Positions 41,407 to 48,660 of a stretch of 64,000 nucleotides of DNA are shown here, piece after piece. Source of the DNA: Gemmatimonadaceae bacterium (GTDB taxonomy: Bacteria > Gemmatimonadota > Gemmatimonadetes > Gemmatimonadales > Gemmatimonadaceae). A program made the position numbers and the translations under genes. The stretch lies in NCBI GenBank assembly GCA_045803545.1, contig JBJMOW010000002.1, positions 448,001-512,000 on the forward strand, in the 5' to 3' direction. The notes under the pieces were generated by a model. That model was not told the origin of the DNA. It searched no databases and saw only the letters and a program-made list of their open reading frames with translations. Position 1 is the first letter of the stretch, and each line of letters opens with the position of its first letter.

Positions 41407-41658
41407 TCAACGCACCTGCGCCATAACTTCGGCGCCCCAGAAATCCTCGGGGTCCATCTCGACGTAAGCCGCGACGTTGGTCGCCAGCTCCTTGCTGGGG
41501 GTGCGCTTACCCTCGAAGCACTCCCGGAGGTGAGTCCACGAGGAGTCGAGGTCCTCCAGGGCTGCGACGCCACTCGCTTTGTCTCGGAGGGTCGCGGCTT
41601 TGGCGAACTCCGCTTTGCGCTGGAGTGGGGTCATAGATACTTTGGTGGCAGGTCTCAT
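41407..41658 (-). CDS. Cro-like HTH regulator
   Basis: Small XRE-like fold (HLRECFEGKRTPSKELATNVA); divergent from the repressor. Confidence 0.8.
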   Translation of the reverse strand: MRPATKVSMTPLQRKAEFAKAATLRDKASGVAALEDLDSSWTHLRECFEGKRTPSKELATNVAAYVEMDPEDFWGAEVMAQVR

Positions 41659-41721
41659 TTAGCCCGTCTAAAGGGGACGGGCTAATTATTAGCCTCTATT
41701 GGCTAAATGTCAAGCTTAGCC
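41659..41721. promoter_or_regulatory. lysis/lysogeny switch: leftward promoter and operator repeats
   Basis: Minus strand TTGACA (41713-41708), 17 bp, AATAAT (41690-41685); inverted repeats TTAGCCCGTC/GACGGGCTAA and TTAGCC/GGCTAA; extra TTAGCC half-site. Confidence 0.8.
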
Positions 41722-42255
41722 TTAATGCCACCTGAGAAACCAAGGTCCGAGGACTGGGGCGCGATCCTGGAAGCGAGCCTCGGAGAACGACTTAGGCGCG
41801 CCAAACGTGGCGCGAAGAAGAGCAACAAGGAAATCGCGAAGGTCGCCGGCGTTCACCCGGTGACTGTGAGCGAATGGTTCCGAGGCCAGCGACCGCGAGA
41901 CGATACACTCGAGAAGGTCGCCGATTTCCTAGGCGTCGATCGTAACTGGCTAATAAACGGTCAGCGTCCGCCTGAACTCTCCAATGACTTCACGCCGAGC
42001 ACGAATCTGAGAAAGCGCCTGCGCCCGGCGCCGTATGCTCGCGTCTACGAACACATCGAGAAGATGCAGAGGGCGGGCTGCTCGGTCGATCAGATCGAGC
42101 TGGCCGAGCGCACGATGATCGACAGTGCGTTCAATCAGTTAAACAAGCGCGACGTCCGAGATCGGACCGATGAGGATATGATCATGGACATCGACTCCGC
42201 TTGGCAGTGGATCAAGGAAGTGCTCAGCCGATCGGGCGTGAGCGGTCTCGAGTAA
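41707..42255 (+). CDS. CI/ImmR-like XRE repressor without S24 peptidase domain
   Basis: LGERLRRA...EIAKVAGVHPVTVSEWFRG..P...LEKVADFLGV..NWL; helical C-terminus; alternative ATG at 41725. Confidence 0.88.
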   Translation: MSSLALMPPEKPRSEDWGAILEASLGERLRRAKRGAKKSNKEIAKVAGVHPVTVSEWFRGQRPRDDTLEKVADFLGVDRNWLINGQRPPELSNDFTPSTNLRKRLRPAPYARVYEHIEKMQRAGCSVDQIELAERTMIDSAFNQLNKRDVRDRTDEDMIMDIDSAWQWIKEVLSRSGVSGLE

Positions 42256-43014
42256 ATGAAGCCACTGTCAGTCGTCGCCTTCGCGCGGTCTCTCTACGCG
42301 ACTCACCCCGAGCTGATGGGCCCGGTTCGGTGGCAGGGCTTCCTTCGCATGGCGGAACGGTCCGGCATCGCAGTACGCGTCGTGCCGCTGTCGCGGCCAG
42401 CGCGATTAATCCGCTACGGTCAAGCACTTTGCATCCAGATCCAGCGCGAGCTCAATCACCATCTGCGGACGTTGTATGGCATGCATGAACTCTGTCACGC
42501 CTGGCGCGACGAGCTCGGCATGGAATGCATTTACGCGGATGAGGAAACGGTAATGACAGATCCGAAGGAAGATTTTGCGGACCTGTTCGCCTGGTATGTC
42601 ACGTCGGAAGCGCGGATCTTCCACGAGCCACTTGAAGCGCAGCTCAAGTCGGACTTATCGCCCGTTCGCGTCGATGGCGATGGCAGATTTGCCATGCCAG
42701 TTGTAGGCGAATCGTTCTGCGAAGGGGCGTTCCTTGAGATCTGTGGACCCCGTCGACCAGAAGGCTATGACGTTGTAGTCGCCGCGGCTCTGGTCCCAGA
42801 GAATGACAATCGTGCAGATCCAAAGGCCGTCCGCGTCGAAGTCAGCGGGAAAAAAGTAGGCTACCTCTCGCGCTCAATGGCCAGGCGTTACCGAATGCGA
42901 TTTGCGCGCCGAACTGTGTACTGCAAGGCACGCATCACTGGCGGCTGGAATCGCGGAGGAACTGACACTGGAAACTTTGGTGTGAGACTCGATCTCACAG
43001 GAGGGGCAGGATGA
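42256..43014 (+). CDS. ImmA/IrrE-type metallopeptidase fused to a HIRAN-like domain
   Basis: HELCH (HExxH) plus EDFADLFA; C-terminal VVGESF...LVPENDNRADPKAVRV..GKKVGYLSR. Confidence 0.8.
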   Translation: MKPLSVVAFARSLYATHPELMGPVRWQGFLRMAERSGIAVRVVPLSRPARLIRYGQALCIQIQRELNHHLRTLYGMHELCHAWRDELGMECIYADEETVMTDPKEDFADLFAWYVTSEARIFHEPLEAQLKSDLSPVRVDGDGRFAMPVVGESFCEGAFLEICGPRRPEGYDVVVAAALVPENDNRADPKAVRVEVSGKKVGYLSRSMARRYRMRFARRTVYCKARITGGWNRGGTDTGNFGVRLDLTGGAG

Positions 43015-43349
43015 AGCGGTTTTTTCTTGCGGCATGTACGCTCGGAGTTATGGCGTGCGGCTCGGATTCGTCCGGGCCTAGGCCGGTAACAGGGCGGTAC
43101 ACGTCCGCAGACGGCGGCAGCCTGTTCATCGACTCTCGGAGCTACACGGTCTCGTTCAATCAGCAGCTCGTGGAGGTCGGCTCCTGGACGCAGGATGGCA
43201 CTCAACTGATACTGAACGCTGAACCATGTAGTCAGAGCGGCGGAATTCAGCCTTGTTCGAACGATGTGTCGAGCCTGCGGATTGGCGCCGGCACGCTCGA
43301 TGGAACGATCGCAGGCCGGAACGAGCATTTCACCCGGATTAGTGCGTAG
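43011..43349 (+). CDS. prophage lipoprotein
   Basis: MKRFFLAACTLGVMAC lipobox; beta-rich. Confidence 0.75.
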   Translation: MKRFFLAACTLGVMACGSDSSGPRPVTGRYTSADGGSLFIDSRSYTVSFNQQLVEVGSWTQDGTQLILNAEPCSQSGGIQPCSNDVSSLRIGAGTLDGTIAGRNEHFTRISA

Positions 43350-43362
43350 GCTGCGACCATTC

Positions 43363-43629
43363 ATGCGAGTTAGCGCGGTGATCCTAGCCTTGATTCTCCT
43401 CTCGGCGTGCGAGTCGAGCGAGAGGAAGGCGGCGCGGTTGCGCAGCGAGGCCGCGCTTGCGTGTCTCGAGGCACGTCCCGGCAACGCAGATCAGGTTGCG
43501 CACGACGCGGACCCAAACTACAAGGAGAGCCCAGCTGAGAGAGAGGCGAGCGTGGCGAGGATAGCCGTCGAGCTCCAAGCCAAATGCGATGTTGCGACGC
43601 GAAACTTTAACAGGTTCATGGGACGGTGA
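43363..43629 (+). CDS. small prophage lipoprotein
   Basis: MRVSAVILALILLSAC lipobox; ATG 43363. Confidence 0.7.
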   Translation: MRVSAVILALILLSACESSERKAARLRSEAALACLEARPGNADQVAHDADPNYKESPAEREASVARIAVELQAKCDVATRNFNRFMGR

Positions 43630-43916
43630 GCTCGCAAGCGATAGGCGCGATTATGATTATGCTCGGCGCGTTCGTGATTGCCGCTCTGGTGATTCGGGCA
43701 GCGGGGCAAAAGCACGCGGCTACAGTCTCCGCCGCGAAGTCAGCGGATACCCCTTCGCCGAACGAGGACACCGAACGGCTTGTGAGAGTGCTCCGGACCA
43801 TCGACAAAAATCAGGCGGCGCGATTTGCGGACTTAAAGCTCTTTCTGTTTTTCCTACCGCTGATCTGGGGAGTGATCAGCGGGATTCTGTATGCGATTCT
43901 TTTGGCGCTTCGCTAA
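43626..43916 (+). CDS. two-TM membrane protein
   Basis: Hydrophobic N- and C-terminal segments; GTGA overlap with upstream gene. Confidence 0.7.
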   Translation: MSSQAIGAIMIMLGAFVIAALVIRAAGQKHAATVSAAKSADTPSPNEDTERLVRVLRTIDKNQAARFADLKLFLFFLPLIWGVISGILYAILLALR

Positions 43917-44433
43917 GACGTTTGCGTGGCGGCGTTCGGAATTCCTTGAATCCCCAGAACGTGAGTGCATTCCGATCGCACTGAAGTACTCCGAAGGCCT
44001 GATCTTCCTGGAGCAGTAGCCGGACGTCTTGCGGGCTCGGCTCGCATTGATATGCGAGCTCTCCGCCGAATCTGCATTTTCCCTTCGCGTCGCAGGTCGT
44101 TGGCGGATGCACGTGTACACGCACCACGTTAGGCATCGCCGGACATTCATAGACGACGCTCTGTGGATCCGCTGCTGTCGATTTCATCGGCATGAGCAGC
44201 CGCAGCGTATAAGTGCGGTACGCGACGCCCTGGTAGGGATCGAAGTCTGTCGAGTCGACTGTGAACACGGCGCAGAACCCGCGCTCGACCTGGTCGACGT
44301 TCGCAGTGTCCCACCGCGCGGCAAGGAATTCTCTCACCGAGCTGTCCGCCATACCCCACGGCCATTTGACAGCCTGCGCTTGCGAGCTCGAGCTCCCGAT
44401 CGCGAATGCGAAAGCAACGAGAACCCTTCTCAT
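43876..44433 (-). CDS. exported JAB/MPN-motif protein
   Basis: Signal peptide MRRVLVAFAFAIGSSSSQAQA; VERGFC, HVHP, PSPQD; ATG 44433. Confidence 0.6.
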   Translation of the reverse strand: MRRVLVAFAFAIGSSSSQAQAVKWPWGMADSSVREFLAARWDTANVDQVERGFCAVFTVDSTDFDPYQGVAYRTYTLRLLMPMKSTAADPQSVVYECPAMPNVVRVHVHPPTTCDAKGKCRFGGELAYQCEPSPQDVRLLLQEDQAFGVLQCDRNALTFWGFKEFRTPPRKRLSEAPKESHTESR

Positions 44434-44672
44434 GCGGTCGCCCTGCATTCCGGGCAAGCCTCTGTGCGAGGACCAGCGACAAATGTCCGACAGTGGACAC
44501 AGAGCCGACCGGGTGAGCTGAGTGAGGAATCGTATTTCCGGTCGGGCCGCTCCGGCTGATCGAGCCAGGCGAAGTTGTCTTTGCGGCCGCCGTAGTTCCG
44601 CGGTGGGCGCACCTTGGGCGGCGCGTGCAGCTTCTCGAGGATGTCGGAGACTCGGTCGACGTAGCACCTCAC
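44430..44672 (-). CDS. small zinc-ribbon protein
   Basis: CVHC...CPEC; 4 bp overlaps at both ends. Confidence 0.6.
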   Translation of the reverse strand: MRCYVDRVSDILEKLHAPPKVRPPRNYGGRKDNFAWLDQPERPDRKYDSSLSSPGRLCVHCRTFVAGPRTEACPECRATA

Positions 44673-45256
44673 GTCTGGCTGTCTCCGCAAGGCTCGAGAC
44701 GACCCTCGGTAAGAAAACCGTGATAGCGCGGGCTGCGAATGCTTGCGCGCACTGTGAGCGTTTCGGGCTTCCGGGGATCGCCCGTGCGCGTCCAACGGCC
44801 GTCGTCGACCATCCAATCACAGCCATCCGGCAGCATCACCATTAGCGTGATGCCGTCGGGATTATCGGCTGGCCACCAGCGCGCATTCCACATCGCACCG
44901 GCTGGAGCACGCCGATGCGGGTAAAGCTTTCCGTCAGGTGCTCCTGAGTAGAGTGTGTAGCAGTTGACCTGCCAGTCATCGTCGACCTGGAACGGCTCGC
45001 CGCACTGATCACACGTCGCTGGCCATCGCGGATCTTCCTGCGAGACCAGATCATCGCGATTCCGCTCGTAACCTTCCGGCGCGTCTTCGATCCAGGCACT
45101 CCGCAGTGCCTTCTCGAGGATCACGATCGACGCATTGTGGCCGCCGCCGTAGCTCGAGCTGCGACACTTCTTGTCTTTCTCGAAAGTGAAGCGGCGCAGT
45201 TGCACCTCGCAGAACTCCGTCGGCTCCATCCAGAAGCATTGCACGATTCCGCTCAT
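44669..45256 (-). CDS. zinc-binding protein with DUF6527-like C-terminus
   Basis: CDQCG; WTRTGD..P.TLTVRASI....YHGFLTEG.L..C.DS. Confidence 0.55.
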   Translation of the reverse strand: MSGIVQCFWMEPTEFCEVQLRRFTFEKDKKCRSSSYGGGHNASIVILEKALRSAWIEDAPEGYERNRDDLVSQEDPRWPATCDQCGEPFQVDDDWQVNCYTLYSGAPDGKLYPHRRAPAGAMWNARWWPADNPDGITLMVMLPDGCDWMVDDGRWTRTGDPRKPETLTVRASIRSPRYHGFLTEGRLEPCGDSQT

Positions 45257-45272
45257 GCGAGCACGACTCTGA

Positions 45273-45830
45273 TCATCGTTTTGCGACCGCAGCGATGATC
45301 TTGATCACGCGATAGGTGATGTAAACCGCGACCGTCGTTCCTACGACGCCGATCACTACTCCGGTCTTCGTGCCGAACCGCGGTTCTTTCTTTTGCTCGA
45401 GGAGGTCGACGTGATCGTTGAGCGTTCCGACCAGGAGATTCTGCAGAGTATCCTTCGCGGCCTCTTTGACGACTGTCGGCGGGACCTGAATGCTCAGACT
45501 GTCTGCCTTTACGAGTGCCGCAACAACGGACGGCAATTCGACGCGCTTCCCGTCAGCGATTACAGAGTCGCCCTTTGTCTCAACCTTCGATCGCGCCGCG
45601 CGATAGTCACTGTCCTTCGCGACAAGCTTCTGCGTCTCGACATCGGCTGACTCATTAGCCGCAGCGAGTGCCGCCTCGAGCTGCTTTGCCTTCTCAGCCG
45701 TCGCGGCGATCTTTTCGCCGAGCTCGCCTGCCTTGACCCCATCGCGCCGGATGCACCAGCCACAAGCAGCGAGGATGATGATCGCGGCGACGCCGGCGAT
45801 GATCTTGTTCCGAAGGGAGAAGACGTTCAT
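45273..45830 (-). CDS. spanin-like protein
   Basis: N-terminal hydrophobic segment with LAAC, coiled coil, C-terminal TM; in lysis cassette; ATG 45830. Confidence 0.6.
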   Translation of the reverse strand: MNVFSLRNKIIAGVAAIIILAACGWCIRRDGVKAGELGEKIAATAEKAKQLEAALAAANESADVETQKLVAKDSDYRAARSKVETKGDSVIADGKRVELPSVVAALVKADSLSIQVPPTVVKEAAKDTLQNLLVGTLNDHVDLLEQKKEPRFGTKTGVVIGVVGTTVAVYITYRVIKIIAAVAKR

Positions 45831-45940
45831 CGGAACAGCGTGCCGTTCTTGTAGCGTTTGACCGTATCGACCACTGCGTAGGCGACGTATGCGAGCCACG
45901 GGAGCGAGCCGACCACAGCGCCGGCGAAAAATGCTTTCAT
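45827..45940 (-). CDS. 37 aa single-TM peptide
   Basis: MKAFFAGAVVGSLPWLAYVAYAVV...; RBS GAGG; overlaps the next start. Confidence 0.55.
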   Translation of the reverse strand: MKAFFAGAVVGSLPWLAYVAYAVVDTVKRYKNGTLFR

Positions 45941-45965
45941 AGTTTCCTCTGTTTCAACAACGCGA

Positions 45966-46892
45966 TCATGCGGCGAGCGCCTCGCTAATTCCCTGCATCG
46001 TGTCGTCGTTGTAGTCCTCAGCTCCCGGGATCTCGGCGTTCCAGACCGCGCCACAGATGCCCGCTTCTGCCTGGAGACGGAACGATCTCTCCATCCACTC
46101 GCTCCGGAGTGACGGATCCGGAGGAACCAGCGCGAACTCGGTGTTCCAGATCGGCTTGTCGACCCCGTGCATCAGCATGACAGATCGGAGCGTCGCGATC
46201 TCGAGCGGCAATTCGTCCGGCGTCTGCGGGTAGCTGTGAAAGGCGATCACATCGCAGGAGTTGCCGCCGCCGGCGGACAGATAGCGATCGGCGAACTGGA
46301 CCCCGCGACTCAACCCCAGCTCCGTCATCGAGGGAGAGAGGACGATCGCGCCCGGCTCGATCTCTTTGATGATCTGGTACGCGACAGCGGACTGCGCTGC
46401 GAGCTGCTCGACTGTGCCGCTCCAGTAGCCGGCGACACCGGGCTCGTTCCACAGCTCCCAGTATTTGATGCGGCCGGCCGACTGGGTGACGACGTCCCGC
46501 ACGAACTGAGTCCACGCCGCGGCAAGAGGGACTTTCGAATTCGGATAGCACGCAGTAGATGGCGGCTCCCCGAACGTGAACATCACCTGCGCGCCGACTC
46601 GCTCCGCATATCTGAGATTCGCCTCGAGCGCGGCCGCGTCGGCGACCATCTTCCACCACACCGCACGACTATCCCACAGACGCAGTAGTCCGAAGTAGCA
46701 GGTGACCGGGCAGCACAGCGAGCCATCGTCGAGTACCCAATCGCCTTGGACCATGTGACCGAAGAACGTCGGCCCGATCGACTTCGACCGGAGCTCGCGT
46801 GGCCAATCCAGCTTCTCCGCCTTACAAGCCATTAGGATGAACGCAGCTGCAGCGCGGCCGCACTCGAGGAGAAACTTCCGCCGCTCACTCAT
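45966..46892 (-). CDS. clan GH-A glycoside hydrolase (GH39/GH5-like), putative Tat lipoprotein
   Basis: WELWNEP, AFHSY, IWNTEF; N-terminus SERRKFL...LMAC; ATG 46892. Confidence 0.78.
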   Translation of the reverse strand: MSERRKFLLECGRAAAAFILMACKAEKLDWPRELRSKSIGPTFFGHMVQGDWVLDDGSLCCPVTCYFGLLRLWDSRAVWWKMVADAAALEANLRYAERVGAQVMFTFGEPPSTACYPNSKVPLAAAWTQFVRDVVTQSAGRIKYWELWNEPGVAGYWSGTVEQLAAQSAVAYQIIKEIEPGAIVLSPSMTELGLSRGVQFADRYLSAGGGNSCDVIAFHSYPQTPDELPLEIATLRSVMLMHGVDKPIWNTEFALVPPDPSLRSEWMERSFRLQAEAGICGAVWNAEIPGAEDYNDDTMQGISEALAA

Positions 46893-47434
46893 GCGTCTGC
46901 CCGGATGTCGAGGAGATACTCGATCCTCGCCATGCCGTAGAAAGCCATCTCCGCTTTCCACAGATTCTTGAATTCTTCGTACTGATCCGGCCAAACTGTC
47001 TGGCAACCGAGACTCCCAGTCGACGTATAGCCGCCCTGGTGGATCTCGATGTCGAACATCCCAGTCTCGCGGATTCCGTTGTCACGCAGTACGGTCACCG
47101 GCTCGGCTTGGATCAGGCATGGATACTCGTGCGGCGTGCCGGCGTGATGCGTCCACGGCTTCATTGTCCAGACGCCAGGCTCGAGGACCGCCAGGCGGTC
47201 GCCTTGCTTCGACGGATCGGTGTTCGCGTTAAAAGTCTTGAACACTCGAGGGGAGAGAACGATGATCGCGTCATCGTATTGGCCGCGATCGTTCTTGCCG
47301 GCGAGGCCCATCGAGTCGCGGAAGTAGCCGCGCTGCCCAATGATGATGGTTTGATCGGTGACGCCGTATGCAGCGAGGATCTTCCGCGCGTCAACGATCG
47401 AGAGCTGCGGCCGCGCAGGCGGGATCATGCTCAC
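46889..47434 (-). CDS. putative endolysin (Cys/His peptidase, YkuD-like motif)
   Basis: YDDA, NTDPS, IHQGG...SLGCQT; follows the holin. Confidence 0.65.
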   Translation of the reverse strand: MSMIPPARPQLSIVDARKILAAYGVTDQTIIIGQRGYFRDSMGLAGKNDRGQYDDAIIVLSPRVFKTFNANTDPSKQGDRLAVLEPGVWTMKPWTHHAGTPHEYPCLIQAEPVTVLRDNGIRETGMFDIEIHQGGYTSTGSLGCQTVWPDQYEEFKNLWKAEMAFYGMARIEYLLDIRADA

Positions 47435-47667
47435 GGCGCCGACGTTCCATTGCCGCCGATTTTGAACGACGGAATAAGAGAAGCGAGATTCTTGAGCGCG
47501 GCGAAGACGGGATCGAAATCGATCACCATGCCGGACACGAGAAGGAGGCCGCCGGCGAAGTAGACGAGATGGAGATCGATCGGCCGCTGATGAAGTGCTA
47601 CCCAGCCGGTGTAGAACGCCGCGGCTGCGATCGCCAAGCCGACAATCGCGCGGAGTACGAGCTTCAC
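47431..47667 (-). CDS. putative holin
   Basis: 78 aa, two TM segments, upstream of the lysin. Confidence 0.65.
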   Translation of the reverse strand: MKLVLRAIVGLAIAAAAFYTGWVALHQRPIDLHLVYFAGGLLLVSGMVIDFDPVFAALKNLASLIPSFKIGGNGTSAP

Positions 47668-47981
47668 TTGCAGCTCCGCGGGAGAATTACTCTAGGCTGA
47701 TTCCGTTTCGTCTGCTCGCAGACGAGGTACGCGATGTCATCGAGCCGCGTCGTGATGAACTCGTTCTGACGCTGGAGTCTTGCGATCGAGCTGTCCTGGA
47801 CGGTGTCCGTTTTGTGGATCTCAGCGATTGCATCCCCGGATCCGCTCACCTTGTAGCCAAGACTTGCGAAAAGCGCGGCGACGATTCCGCCAACGATTAC
47901 GGCCAGACTGGCAGCTTGGCCGATCTGCCCGAGCGTGTGCTTTGCGGAGTGGAACCACGGCCGGCCGTGTGAGACTTCCAT
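47664..47981 (-). CDS. single-TM coiled-coil lysis-module protein (holin/antiholin-like)
   Basis: TM LAVIVGGIVAALFASLG, coiled coil, two Cys; first gene of the cassette; ATG 47981. Confidence 0.55.
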   Translation of the reverse strand: MEVSHGRPWFHSAKHTLGQIGQAASLAVIVGGIVAALFASLGYKVSGSGDAIAEIHKTDTVQDSSIARLQRQNEFITTRLDDIAYLVCEQTKRNQPRVILPRSCK

Positions 47982-48003
47982 CTGCGTTGCTGTGGGGGAA
48001 AAC

Positions 48004-48043
48004 AAAAAAAACGGCCGCGGGCTCTTTTCAGAGCTGCGGCCGT
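48004..48043 (-). terminator. leader terminator before the lysis cassette
   Basis: Minus strand ACGGCCGCAGCTC...GAGCCCGCGGCCGT followed by a T run. Confidence 0.7.
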
Positions 48044-48115
48044 GGTGAGCGGTCGAATGAATTTTGGTGCTTCTAACTCAGTTTACAGCCCGTCACAGGG
48101 CGACGCCACTCCTCG

Positions 48116-48658
48116 CTAGACCGAGTGCGGATCCGCAATACCGCGGGGGAACTTAGGGGTTCGGAGCAGCTCTTCTCTAGCCGCGCGCTTAACTGGAAAA
48201 CTGTCGAACACCGAGAGCGCCTGTTTCCGGTTGGCGATACGTTCAGCCATTATAGCGGTCATCAGATCAATGACGTCCGCCACGTCGATGGCCTCGGGGC
48301 CGACAAGTGTATGGTGTGGAATGGAATGCGTTCCGGTCGCCGCCCTGAGCCCGGTTGGGGCACCTGTCTCATCGACCTCCCAGCAATCGGCATGCAGCAC
48401 TGCGTAGTGATCCGCGTCCAGCACCTTTTCCTCGATCGCGACTACGACGTGCATTCCATGATCGGGCAAATGAAAAACCCGATGGTGCGCCTCGGTCGCA
48501 GCGGTGACAACATCGCCCGTCTCCACGCGAACATGCTTGGTAGTCGGGAATAACTGTCGCGCTGACCCGCCGTCTTTCTCGGCCGGGATCGCTTCGTCGG
48601 CGCCTAGATTCTGCGCGGCTCGCTGGACTTCTTCTGCGCTTCCTTTGGGCAGTGGCAT
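48116..48658 (-). CDS. hypothetical protein downstream of the tail-tip gene
   Basis: 180 aa ORF, ATG 48658 just after the tail gene stop. Confidence 0.65.
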   Translation of the reverse strand: MPLPKGSAEEVQRAAQNLGADEAIPAEKDGGSARQLFPTTKHVRVETGDVVTAATEAHHRVFHLPDHGMHVVVAIEEKVLDADHYAVLHADCWEVDETGAPTGLRAATGTHSIPHHTLVGPEAIDVADVIDLMTAIMAERIANRKQALSVFDSFPVKRAAREELLRTPKFPRGIADPHSV

Positions 48659-48660
48659 CG

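Noticed and set aside
44434..44826. 316 aa version of the JAB-motif ORF
   Set aside because: The upstream part overlaps two better ORFs; the signal peptide begins at ATG 44433
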